Origin: Paragordius varius
Taxonomy: Eukaryota; Animalia; Nematomorpha
Length of the DNA stretch: 64,000 nt
Assembly (NCBI GenBank): GCA_964247055.1
Contig: OZ176055.1
Span: forward strand, 9,796,001-9,860,000
Direction of reading: 5' to 3'
Shown here: piece after piece, positions 1 through 11,035 of the stretch
Layout: every line of letters starts with the position of its first letter
Position numbering within the stretch: the first letter of the stretch is position 1
Translations under genes and position numbers: made by a program
Notes under the pieces: model-generated
The model's database searches: none
Seen by the model: the letters and a program-made list of their open reading frames with translations, nothing else
Told to the model about the DNA's origin: nothing

Positions 1-595
1 AACGCTTTAAGATATTAAAACTTATTTTATCTAACTCGACGATGATAAAAAAATATAAAACCAAAAGATTTTTTCAAAGTTCTTAACCAAACGAACCTTA
101 AATACAAGGTCATAATGTTTAGCATAATTGAATTTTAAAAAGTATTCATATAATATCCTAAAGCGTTTCTTAACCCGTTTTCATGATGATTTAATTCAAT
201 ATAATATGCACTTGTTAAATCAAATTGAACGAATGCGGTTTTTAAAAATTAGTTGGTAACAAAATTTATTATATATTTATGCTTATCGCTCAATCTCGGC
301 ATTTTATCGTTTATAACAGAACCAGCCTATTTTAGATAAACAAAATTTCGGTACTTTCAGAGCCGACATCTATAATTTAATTTTTTTAAAAAAATTTGTA
401 TTTTATATAGTTGTGATATAATTAGTGATATTTATTGGATTAAAGCCTCTAGTTTTCAACAAAAAAAATATTTAAAAATGCGCAAATGCCATTTTCTGAG
501 ATAGTACTTATCAAAAAAGGTTTATCATTCTTGGGGCCAAAATCGAAAACACCATGATAACCCTGATAATTTTCCAATATATATTTAAGTTGTAA
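1..595. mobile_element. Partial copy (internal part plus right TIR) of the ~1-kb long-TIR non-autonomous element seen at 6285-7245
   Basis: 1-60, 280-340 and 480-595 resemble 6640-6680, 6930-6990 and 7140-7240; 548-580 is the reverse complement of the GGAAAATTATCAGGATTATCATGGTGCTTTT motif at about 63822. Confidence 0.5.
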
Positions 596-990
596 ACATT
601 GTATTAAGATTGCGTGGATTAATTTTTAATAGTTTTATTGTTTGCTTATATATAATATATTATTACTTTTGGGGTGATTATAAACCCCAGAGAGATTTGA
701 AATATAAATATTTAAAAAAATAGTAAAGGTAATAAACCGAATTTAAAAATATGCTTTCCTCAGTTTTTAGGCGTATTTAAAAAAATTTAAAGTAAAATAA
801 AATTTGTAAAAAAATTATCCTAAACATTTTTGCCGTTATTTTAAGGATTTTTTTAATCACTAATTCAACCTGAAATATATTTTTGGTTAGAAAATGTAAA
901 TAATTAACTTTAAAAACTTAGAAGCTACATTTTACCAGCAAAAACTTGTATTTTATTTTAACAGCTGTGGTATCAAGAGTGTTTTGGAAC

Positions 991-2219
991 TAGGGTTGTG
1001 CTACCTAGGTCATGACCAGGTCAATTAACCCGGTCATCACCAGGGTGACTATTTATTTTATGACCATGGTCACTTAATAAAAACAGTTGTTTTTTGAATT
1101 GATGGTTTGTTGTTATTTGTTATATCTTTAAAAAATACAAATTAAATATTTAAATATGCTTATTTAACACTTCGATTCAAATTGAGGTATCTCAATACCC
1201 CAGACTAAATTTAAATTAATATTTTCAAAAAACTACTGAAGGAAACGGTCCCAATTTAAATTTATGCTTCTATCCTGATAAATAATATATAAATATGCCA
1301 AAACATCTTGATAAAATTTTGTTTTGAAAAAAAGCTCCATCGACGCCATTTTTATTTTACAAAATTTTAACAAAATATCGTCTTTATTTAATTTTAAGGG
1401 CAAAACTAAAGCTAATTTTTTATATAAATTACATCTAACATTGATAGAAATAGAAAAAGCGGTTTAGTTTGTATAATTTTTCAATTTTACAATTTGACAA
1501 ATGTCACGTTGACGAAATTTTTACCTTTCGGTTTAAGCTTAAAATAAGTAATATCAAGTATTTTTGAATAAATTTTTTTTTATATTTCGGTTTATTAATG
1601 TTAGATAAGTGCGAAAATTTGTCATGGTTTCGATTCCTTCTATATTTTTTAAAGAGTTTAATTTTAAACAGGCCTGGGGTATCCAACTACCCCAATTTGA
1701 ATCGAAGGACTAAAATGAGTGTGTTGTATCCAAGTGTTAACAATATTAAATTGTTAAACATACATACTTATAACATTATTATTTAACCATATCCAGTCAT
1801 TTCGAAAAACAAAACAATCAAGCACTTTGCATGCAATTTATATATGTGCAATATAATGAAAAAACATTTTATAATTATATATTTCAATGATGAATGTAAA
1901 ACAAGCTAGGTAAAATTTTATTTGAAATATCCAGGATTAAATGCTATGTTTTTCAAGATTCCAAAGGCCAACATATAGCAAAATTTATTTAAAAATTGAT
2001 AATTTGAATGAATATAATTGGAAATAATAAATATTAAAAAAATGTATAAACTTTTAAGAAATAATCATGACATTATTAGTGAAACGCAAGTGTCGTTCGA
2101 AAATTATTTTCATCCAATATTGCATGTATTTATTTAAGTAAAAAGTGGTCGTGACCTGGGTCATTTCCATGATCTGACTGGCGGACTTTTTTAAAAAAGC
2201 AGTCAAATGCACAACTCTA
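991..2219. mobile_element. Non-autonomous TIR element (hAT-like), about 655 bp plus a nested MITE
   Basis: TIR TAGGGTTGTGC (991) / GCACAACTCTA (2209-2219); repeated GGTCA/TGACC subterminal motifs; inverted homolog at 49479-50150; no clear TSD. Confidence 0.65.
1168..1736 (+). mobile_element. piggyBac-like MITE (family 1)
   Basis: TTAA on both sides (1164-1167, 1737-1740); ends CACTT..AAGTG; asymmetric subterminal inverted repeats; empty site with a single TTAA in the homolog at about 49960-49975. Confidence 0.85.
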
Positions 2220-2507
2220 TTATCCCAATATTAGACTTTAGATGTAACAAAATCGTAAAAAATACAATTTTTTAAATTAATGCATGAGAAATATGTTTGA
2301 TAATTTGATTATAATTATAATTCAAATATTTAGTGTATTTAATTTATCTCTGAGATATAACCATTCTAAAAAGTATACTACGAAAAACAAGTCAAAAGGT
2401 AATGAAGTGTAATATATATATATGCTGACATATTTTTAGATATTTAAAATTATTGTTATTAAACATATGCGTATCAGGCATTCGTATATTTGAAATGTTG
2501 GAGTCCG

Positions 2508-5330
2508 ATGCAACAAGAGAATAACCAAACGTTTTTAACATACTTGAAAAAGCTTATTGATGCCTTAAATGTGGAAGTTAATAACATTGATCTCGCAAAA
2601 TATGCAGCTAAGCTTAATAGCGGTGATAAAAATAAGGTTAGTGCAGGTTTATACCTAGCAGAAATAAATGAAAACATACTTTACAAAACGGACTTTATAT
2701 CGCAATACCAAAAACTGCACAAAAAAATACCAAATGATTATCAAAAATCTCTTCTCTATCTTTTATCCAAAATTATAAAGGATAATTCGGTTAAATCATT
2801 TATTCAACAAAAATCTCAAAACTATAAAATATATTATTCCTCTCTTAGTAACGAGGTGTCCTTATCGGCAACAACGAATCCAAACATTCCTGCCTATCAT
2901 AATTCCATTTTATTTCAGCATATGTATTTAAATTATAATTTTTATCAAATAAACTCTGGTTCAATGACACCTCAAGAATACAATTTTTTCCCTTCTGAGA
3001 AATGTATGCTTTACGATATGCTCAAAATTTTACAAGGGTATAATGGAGCATTTGTTACGGTTTCAATAACGGAAGGCAAACTTTCGTGTAACAGCACAGA
3101 AGATTCAAATCATTCTTTCGTACAATTTATGAACAAACTTTACCCCACTATCCTGGCCTACAATGAAATCACGCATTTTATTGATTCCTATCGATGGTCA
3201 CTAAAGAATTCATACCTATTTATTATCTTGATAACCAGAATACTTAAATATCTTCATAGCTATTTGAATTACATGGTACAAATTGAGAATTTATTTGATA
3301 AGCTTGAAGCACAGAAACTCTTTATGTTCATACAATCTGGACTTGTTGAACCGATGATTTATTTGCAAGAATTAGTACGAGACATTGTTAGAATTTTGCC
3401 CAATTCATCGGTAAATCAGGTGCCAACAACCTTTTCATCTTCGGTCATTCTTGATATCGTTTGGCGATTAAATGAAAAACATCGATTCGCGCCCAAATCT
3501 ATACGAGACCTTTCTAAAGCATTTCTTGACGCCTGTCTCCTACCTTATGTTCAACGTCTCAATGTATGGTTATTTGGCAGTTCTTATACATCTTCCTTAT
3601 CTCCTCATTTCCTTACAGACCTTTTTTTGCTACCTGGCACATCGGCTTACGATGCATTAGATTTCTTTATCAAACCTAAATCTAACACAATCCATTCCAG
3701 CAAAAATGAGTTATCTGAAGGCAGTGTTCAGTTTCATTTGATTCATTCCATCGTACCTCAAATATTTCAACCTTGGGTCGATCAAATCTTTAGGACTGGC
3801 AAGTATTTGCGGATTATACAGCAATGTTTTGATCAAGCAGGTGTCAGTTTCCCCGATAAGGGCCATTTAATAACTATCCCAGATTGTTATAATGATTTAG
3901 TATTGGGTGATAAAATAAAAGACCGTTATCATGTGATAACTTCACAATTCCTTTGCTGTTTGTTGAAGAATACGTTGATACCAAATAGTTCTGGCTTAAT
4001 CTCATCATACGCCTCAGTTGGTTCCCAAACGACAGTTGTTAACCTTAACTCAGTTTTTAGGGCGTTGAAAAATGTGTTTTTTATTGAACGCGGCGATTTC
4101 TTAGTACATTTCTTGGATGCCAGTCAAACTGAATTACATAAACCGGCTACGCATGTTTTACCCTACAAATTGGAATCACTCTTTGAATTATCGCTTCGCA
4201 TGTCATCCGTGTATCAAACTGTGCCTCCCGCCATTTGTAATTGGTTTAGTTTGAAGCTTTGTTCGGAAAATATTGAAACTTGCCTTCATACCATTCATAA
4301 TCCGACAGCATCACATCATACACATGTTGGCCCAACAACAAATTACATTACATCCACTGATCGAAGGGATAAAATATCTCAGGGTACACAACTTGGTCCT
4401 CGACATAGTTCCACAAGTACAAGCACGAATGAAACTGAAATTAAAATATCTCAGCTAAGTATTAAGGCTAGTACGCATTTGGGCGTAGAACAACTCAGAG
4501 GTGCCGATATTATAAGCATGGATTTTAGCGTTCCTTGGCCTCTTAGTTTGGTTGTTACGCCCACGGTGGTTAGGAAGTATGAATCGGTGTTTAGACATCT
4601 CTTTTATGCACAATACGTGGCAAATGAACTTGCTCATACTTGGCAAACTTTGTTGGCCGAATACGCCGATATAAATGAACTTATCATACACCCACGTAAA
4701 AAAGCTGTAGTACGTGGATTATCTGACAATAATAGCAATAAAAATTGCGTGCCTTCAACGACTTCATCCCCATACTCGCAAATTTTAGCTAGGAGTCTTA
4801 ATGCCTACATCTCAAAAACTTGTTGTATTTTGGTACAACGGATGGCACTATTCATACACGATATGTTATACTATCTTCATTATGACATAATTGAACCGGC
4901 TTGGACCAGGTTTGAATTGAAAAATGGTGGTAATAATAACACTTGTCATGAATCCTCCTCCTATGATTTTGATGCACTTTGCCGTGCACACAGTGAAATG
5001 TTAGATGTGATAATCACGTCAACCCTAATGAATAACGCTGTGTTATATCAACAGTTATATAAATTGTTGCGTATCTGCGATGATTACACAGCATTCATAA
5101 GGGAAAAAATGTCCGTTTCACACTTGAATGGCTCTACTATTAGGCCTGCTTGCAATTCCAATCATATGGATATTAATCATAAATCCTTAACATTTGCTTG
5201 GGATAACATACTGCTGGAATCTCTCCCCATCCCTCAACGAATTAAGGCATTGGGTCAACTCAAACATACAATAGAGCAAAAGTTTGCTTTTTATGAAACA
5301 TTTCTTACGTCTAATAGTTGGTTAATTTAA
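2508..5330 (+). CDS. TUBGCP2: Gamma-tubulin complex component 2 (Spc97/GCP2), single-exon ORF of about 940 aa
   Basis: Motifs YQKLHKKIPNDYQKSLLYLLSKI, GDFLVHFLDASQTELHKP..KLESLFELSLRMS and VPWPLSLVVTPTVVRKYESVFRHLFY match GCP2 motifs recalled from known proteins (DFFVHFMDLAEEELRKP..RLEALLELALRMS; VKWPLSLIINRKALTRYQMLFRHMFY). First in-frame ATG is at 2508; the ORF track start at 2490 is TTG. Confidence 0.9.
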   Translation: MQQENNQTFLTYLKKLIDALNVEVNNIDLAKYAAKLNSGDKNKVSAGLYLAEINENILYKTDFISQYQKLHKKIPNDYQKSLLYLLSKIIKDNSVKSFIQQKSQNYKIYYSSLSNEVSLSATTNPNIPAYHNSILFQHMYLNYNFYQINSGSMTPQEYNFFPSEKCMLYDMLKILQGYNGAFVTVSITEGKLSCNSTEDSNHSFVQFMNKLYPTILAYNEITHFIDSYRWSLKNSYLFIILITRILKYLHSYLNYMVQIENLFDKLEAQKLFMFIQSGLVEPMIYLQELVRDIVRILPNSSVNQVPTTFSSSVILDIVWRLNEKHRFAPKSIRDLSKAFLDACLLPYVQRLNVWLFGSSYTSSLSPHFLTDLFLLPGTSAYDALDFFIKPKSNTIHSSKNELSEGSVQFHLIHSIVPQIFQPWVDQIFRTGKYLRIIQQCFDQAGVSFPDKGHLITIPDCYNDLVLGDKIKDRYHVITSQFLCCLLKNTLIPNSSGLISSYASVGSQTTVVNLNSVFRALKNVFFIERGDFLVHFLDASQTELHKPATHVLPYKLESLFELSLRMSSVYQTVPPAICNWFSLKLCSENIETCLHTIHNPTASHHTHVGPTTNYITSTDRRDKISQGTQLGPRHSSTSTSTNETEIKISQLSIKASTHLGVEQLRGADIISMDFSVPWPLSLVVTPTVVRKYESVFRHLFYAQYVANELAHTWQTLLAEYADINELIIHPRKKAVVRGLSDNNSNKNCVPSTTSSPYSQILARSLNAYISKTCCILVQRMALFIHDMLYYLHYDIIEPAWTRFELKNGGNNNTCHESSSYDFDALCRAHSEMLDVIITSTLMNNAVLYQQLYKLLRICDDYTAFIREKMSVSHLNGSTIRPACNSNHMDINHKSLTFAWDNILLESLPIPQRIKALGQLKHTIEQKFAFYETFLTSNSWLI

Positions 5331-5801
5331 AACTTCAAATTTTATTATATTCAGACTATTAAAATATCATATTTTCTGTATTATTAACAATCAACTATAT
5401 TTTTTACGTAAGAATACCTTCTGGGGTCCTTGATTTTTTAGAGAATTTGCAAGAAAAATAGTTTTGGTATTGCTTTGATAAAATGTGTTTTTAGTATACG
5501 TTATTTATTTTTTTCAAATTGGCTATATTATTCTATTCACACTATCATAATTATTTACATGTTTAATGATTGATTTTGTTAAAAACCTATAAAATGGCCT
5601 TAAACATTTTGATATAAATGCTCAAAGTTATCAACTAAACTTAGGCAATAAAATGTATTTATTATTAAAACGAATATTATATCTATTTTCAAAATAATTT
5701 AAAAACTCTGGTTTTTTAATATCCCATAAATGAAAAAAAGTGTTTATTATACTTGTTTGTAATATTTAATATTAATTTACAAATTGACATAGGACATTTA
5801 A

Positions 5802-5993
5802 TCTTATATTATAAAATACGACAGATTTGTACAAAGATTCAAAAACAATATATGCAAGTTGTACAGTAAATTGACGAAATCCACTTCATCTTCTGGTATG
5901 AATTACTCAGATACCGCTAAATCCAGCAATCCTAACCTTTTAAAGTTTATCTCAAAACTCGACAATTTTTTTGTCCTTTTTGCGATGGAGTGA
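5802..5993 (+). other. Unidentified coding-like block (63 open codons, no leading ATG), repeated 3-prime of every A and B protease gene
   Basis: Stop-free frame YDRFVQRFKNNICKLYSKLTKSTSSSGMNYSDTAKSSNPNLLKFISKLDNFFVLFAME*; homologs near 13480, 29800, 37795, 47885 and 54170. Confidence 0.4.
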
Positions 5994-6284
5994 AATATAG
6001 AAAGTTAAAATCATTAAATTTGGCCTGCTTTTATATATATAATTAATAAAAAATTGTATATATATTTTCTAAATCAAACGTTTAGATCGTGTATGAACTA
6101 ATACCTTTTATCTAGCATTTTATGCATCATATATTAAATACGCCTCCTGCATTATATTTATATTATAAATAAGATATTTGGCATATTTTATTATTACGTC
6201 AAATCTACGAAATCGCTAATGATTCGATTAATATATAACACTGCATCCGAAATCGAGGGCTATAAAAAACCTGATAAATTTATA

Positions 6285-7235
6285 TATTCTGATAGGAAAA
6301 TGTTTCAGGATTATCACGCTTTTGGTTTTGGCTCTTACGAGTGATGTTAGAAAGTTATTTATATTTTTGTAATAAGTGCTCCATATCGAAAAATGGCAAA
6401 ATCTGCGATTTTTTAAATTATTTTGGTGGAAACTTAACGCATCATTCCACAATATATTAAAAGCTATATGTAAAAATCAAAACAGTATTTTAAAATTTTT
6501 AATTTGGGATGTTTTAAAAGTCTGAAATTTTCGGACACATTTAAATGGGCTAAGTGAAATTTACATAAAAAAAGATTTTTCCTAAAAAATGGATATTTTG
6601 CTTTTTTAGTTACGTATTTTGGAACATAGTAGAAACGTTATAAAAACACTTTTCTATATAATTCGATGATTTACATTTCTATTACCACAGATATTTTGAT
6701 TTAATAATTTGATTTCATTTATAATCATTGTTGTTAAAAGCAACTCATAAACTTGTCGACTAACAAACCTTTTAATCCTGAGTTGATAGAATTGTTTAGC
6801 ATTATCTAATTACATAAAAAGTATTTCATAATAGTTAAAGTGTTTTAATACCGTTTCCATATTGCTTATAACCATTATAACCTTTCATTAAAATTTTGCT
6901 ATATTTTAATTTTTACGGCAGAAATTTTATCACGCAATCTCGGCATTTTTGCGTCATGTTTAAAACTTGCCTATTTTTTAGAGGTCCAAAATTTTTGATT
7001 TAGACTATGAGGGCCTCTAAAAATTATAAAATAATTGTTTTGCTTTTTACATGTAGTTTATAACGTAATTTTGTGATATTTTTTAAAAAGTATTTTTCGT
7101 TAAACAAAATAATTTTATTTGGCAAAAAATTTGCGCAAAATTTGCCATTTTCAAATATGGAGCAATTACGACAAAAGTCGGAACTTTTTTATAATTCTTG
7201 TAATGCCCCCAAATACGATTCTTATTGATTTATCA

Positions 7236-7245
<10 letters not shown>
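6285..7245. mobile_element. ~960-bp non-autonomous element with ~150-bp imperfect TIRs (family 4; superfamily unresolved)
   Basis: GTGCTCCATATCGAAAAATGGCAAAATCTGCG (6376-6407) is inverted as CGCAAAATTTGCCATTTTCAAATATGGAGC (7135-7164); copies at 30235-31100, 48340-49470, 1-595 and about 63790. Confidence 0.6.

Positions 7246-7271
<26 letters not shown>
7241..7271. repeat. (TA)n microsatellite
   Basis: About 15 perfect TA units. Confidence 0.95.
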
Positions 7272-7275
<4 letters not shown>

Positions 7276-7348
7276 ATTTTTGTGCACATTCTAGGATAAA
7301 ATTATGTATCCCTCACAAATTTATTTCATATTTATGTTATAGATAAAA

Positions 7349-10300
7349 TTAATTTTTAAGTTGAGGTATAATAAAATCCAAATATCTTCTGACATCAATG
7401 TAAAAAGACACTCTCATATCCAAGTCCGGTTCATTGGCTACCTCAGAAGCTACACCAAATACTTTATTATTGCAAACAAGTGGTCCTCCGCTATCGCCCT
7501 ATATTTAAATATGTACATTTTATAAACAACAAAAATTTACATCTAGTTTTGTTATAAAATTGATCTCATAAAAATGTATACACCTACCAGTTCAGAACCG
7601 GGCCAATTATCATCAGATTTGCCACAAACTTTATTATATAAATTCAATCTTCCAGCTTGAATTCTTAGCTGAACCATTTCTATGTCACTGCAAGCGGTTT
7701 GATCCAAATGGTTTAATTCAACTGTCTTAAGATTAGCTAAACAAAAGGGATAGCATGATAATTTATTAAATAATATTTTTAATCAATCCAAGAAACTGGA
7801 CTAACCATAGTTACAAATAATTAGTTTTTATTCAATTATGCCGTAAAAGTACTATTTAAATACTCACATAATATGGGACCCCATCCATAAGCAGTACACT
7901 TCCCCGAAACTGGTTCTCCCCCATTGGGCAAGGGCATATATAATAAACCCGATATGGGTTTGGCTAACTTCAAAATAGCGACGTCATTCTTTTGTAGGTT
8001 AGGATTATACGATGGATGTGGTATAATTTTTTTGACTGGTACAGTTTGCCCTCCAGACTGGGAAATATCATTAACACCCGCTTTTAAATATATTTTTGAG
8101 GGTTTTCTATGCAACAACCGATTAAAGGTTTTATTTGAATGCAAATGTCCTGAATGATTTATTCCATATTTAAAATTATAAATATTCCAAAAATAATTTT
8201 ATTCTTCAAATCTTTGAAACAAGCTTAATGTTTTTTTTTAGATCATTGATTTTTCATGAAAAAGCAAGCAGCTTACTGAAAATCTTTATAGTTTATATGT
8301 TTTGTGACATTATATTCATTTTGTATCAGAAATAAGCATTAAATTATATAAAAAAGAAAACAGGCAAAATTTGTACCGATTGACTGGAAACAATGAAATC
8401 GGAATCATTTTAATAAGAAGTTTTTTCCCTGTAAAATTCAATTAATCCATATAGTTATAAATATGTTTGAAAGGAAACTTACAATGTATATACGCAATGC
8501 GCTGCAGTTAGAATGGTGGTCGGATTGAGAAGGGTTCCAACACATCGATTTTTTTGAGGCAAACCCAAATGTACCTAAATCAGTGCGTTCAAATATACAG
8601 TTAAAATTGAAATTATACGGACAAAATGTAAAAATATAAAGACAAATATTTTTTTTTTAAATATTATTTGATTCTTGATTTATTTCAATAAAACTTATTG
8701 TTTTAAATGGCAAAGTCTGAAATAGAGATATATATATTACTAACACAATAATTCTATATTTTACTATTGTATCTAAATAGCTTAGATAAAATTAAGGGTA
8801 AAAGTATGGTTGTCTTTTAGATAAAAATATATGTCTTTATATTTTTACGTTTTGTCCGTATAATTCCAATTTTTACTGTAATATATTATATATATTGTAG
8901 AATAAAATACAAAGAATTAATATAACAAAAAATATATTACGACGTAACTGGCATCAAAGTTTACAATAGTGCCTCCTGCAATCATCAATGCTATAATATT
9001 TATAAATAGAAAATTAAAGATACAGTTAATCTCTTTTGGTTCATAGCAAACATAGTATAAAAATTGTCTTTTACAGTAAAAATTGAAATTCAAACGGACA
9101 AAACGTAAAAATATAAAAACAAATATTTTTTATCAAAAGACAACACTTTTTTGAACCTTAATATTACTTATATAAAATATTTACCTACCAACCACTGTAA
9201 AATATAAAAATGATGAGGTTTTCTATTAACATCTTTATTTGATACATTTTCGATTAAAATAATGACTTATATTGAAAATAATCAAGATTTAAAAAGTATG
9301 GTTGTCTTTTCAAAAAAAAATTTGTCTGTATATTTTCACGTTTTGTCCGTATCAATTTTTACTGTAAAAGCAGCAATCAACCAATTTATGAATCCTATAT
9401 TTGTACAGCTTATATACTAAGGTTCTTAAACATGGTGATTAGAGTGGGTGTTTTTTCACATCCTATTGTATATGGACTATAGGAACTTTAAATTATAGAC
9501 ATAGCGTCCATAATTAATAACCCATAACGGAAACAATAAGAGACACTAGATATCAGTGGTACTTAAACCGAGAAGCACGGGCCGCATAAGGCGCTCAAAC
9601 TGATTTATTCTGGCCACTGATTTTGAAAAAATCTACCAATTACATTTTAAATTCACCTATCAACAATTAATTATGTGATTTTTCAAATTAAAAATAACCT
9701 GTTGATATGTTTTTTTAAAAATAAAATTTTTGTTTAAAATTAAAATAATACTGAAAAACAATAAACTCTGCCACAAATATATATTTCCCATTATTAATGA
9801 GTTATATTTGTTCGAAAACAAATAATTGTTGGGTGAATTTAAATTGTTCGAGGGTGAATTTGAATTGTTGAAGTGTGAAATCGAACTGTAAAAGTATATA
9901 AAAATTTTATCATGAGAGGTTACATTAGCGGTACTAAATGCGGCTCACAACACAATAAAGGTTGTATGAAAATCATTCACAAATGTATGGAACCAGAATG
10001 TTCAAATTTGTAAGAATTAAATTGGTTCCGGTTTCAAAATTTTAGAAACCACCCCTGTTCGAAGCCTTATAATTTATGAGAATTTGTCACTTAAAACGAT
10101 AATTAGCTGTGAGCGCATCGCACATATCGCTAGTCGTTTAAAAATTACATTAGATCTAAGTTCATATTCAGTTTAATTAATAAAGTTGATAAATATAAGC
10201 TTCATACCCCTGGCTTTTTTCATGGTCGTTGTATTTAGCGCCTTCTCACTTTCGTTTCGGCTATAACGATAAAGAGGTCCATTTAACCGTAAATCACAAT

Positions 10301-10355
10301 CGTAATTTTTTAAATTTATGATTAATAATGTTAAAAGTAAAGATTTAGGAAACAT
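7349..10355 (-). CDS. Secreted S1A chymotrypsin-fold serine protease, copy A1, intact, 275 aa, 6 exons
   Basis: Exons 10355-10208, 8990-8941, 8574-8483, 8106-7868, 7736-7588, 7498-7349; all GT-AG, phases 1,0,2,1,0, frame continuous. Signal peptide MFPKSLLLTLLIINLKNYDC; IAGG; TAAHC; NDVAILKL; GDSGGPLVC; AATAAA about 24 nt after the stop. Confidence 0.93.
8598..8878. mobile_element. Tc1/mariner-type MITE (family 2) in intron 2 of A1
   Basis: TA|CAGT...ACTG|TA ends with long imperfect TIRs (AAAATTGAAATTATACGGACAAAATGTAAAAATATAAAGAC). Confidence 0.75.
9074..9364. mobile_element. Tc1/mariner-type MITE (family 2) in intron 1 of A1
   Basis: TA|CAGTAAAAATTG...CAATTTTTACTG|TA; same TIR family as 8598-8878; paralogous copies at 32510-32781 and 33038-33314. 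Confidence 0.75.
9554..9960. mobile_element. hAT MITE fragment (CAGTGGTACTTAAACCG end) carrying a nested ~260-bp foldback MITE (family 3, about 9635-9895)
   Basis: The end matches the TIR of the hAT relic at 11036-12412; flanks of the nested part match 13140-13260 in reverse; the nested part has inverted 21-bp GGGTGAATTTGAATTGTTC-type repeats. Confidence 0.55.
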
Positions 10356-10399
10356 TCTGACACAAATTTTAGAAATTAAAAAATAAACCGTTTTCCTAC

Positions 10400-10665
10400 T
10401 ACTTCCCCTTATATCAATTACAAATAAAGAAAGATGAAGGTCATCAAATATTTAATTAGTAGATAAGGTTAACATGAAACGACTGTATGTGTGACCTTAA
10501 AATAGCATTTTTATAATTCATTTACAAAGATGCTAATATATGGTACTGTTAAAATTAACAATATTGACACTTTCAAATCTGCAGCTATAAAAAATTCCTT
10601 AAATTAGATAACATTCAAATAAAAATGAAATAAATAAATACTTGGTCAATATTGATTTTGGTAAA
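10400..10665 (-). promoter_or_regulatory. Conserved proximal promoter module of the protease genes
   Basis: TATAA about 55 nt upstream of ATG; AGATAAG (10461); TGACCTT (10492); CAATATTGAC (10559); GGTCAATATTGATTTTGG (10644-10661), shared by A, B and C paralogs. Confidence 0.55.
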
Positions 10666-11035
10666 ATATAATTTAACAGGTTTTAACTAAACGTGCTAAA
10701 CCAATTTGATGTAACATTGCCAAAAATGATATTTGCTTATTTGGTTTCGATAATATTTTATAATACACACTGCTCACAAAAAATATCTTAATGAAATACA
10801 TATATATATATATATATATCAGGATTCTTATGGTATTTTGGTTTTGGGCTTACTTGCATATTTCTAGTAATTGCTCGAAGAAAAGAGGCAAAATTTGTGC
10901 ATATTTTGCTTAATAAATATTTTTTTGGTGAAAAAGGCTTTATTCCAAAAATAGCGCTAATATATTACAAACTATATTCAAGCTAAACAATATTTAGGAA
11001 ATTTTGACGGGCTTCAAAATTTTAACCCTCTAACG

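Noticed and set aside
1504-1786. Short ORFs repeated at 18543, 21638, 27950 and 39316
   Set aside because: All lie in the non-coding TTAA MITE, and the frames are not conserved between copies
2490-2507. ORF-track start of GCP2 at 2490
   Set aside because: The codon is TTG; the first in-frame ATG is at 2508
7924-8157. Plus-strand ORF MGKGIYNKPD..., repeated at 31846-32109
   Set aside because: Antisense shadow of protease exon 4
10764-10790. TACACACTGCTCACAAAAAAT resembling a Tc1 terminal repeat
   Set aside because: Only one short end, with no partner or transposase remnant
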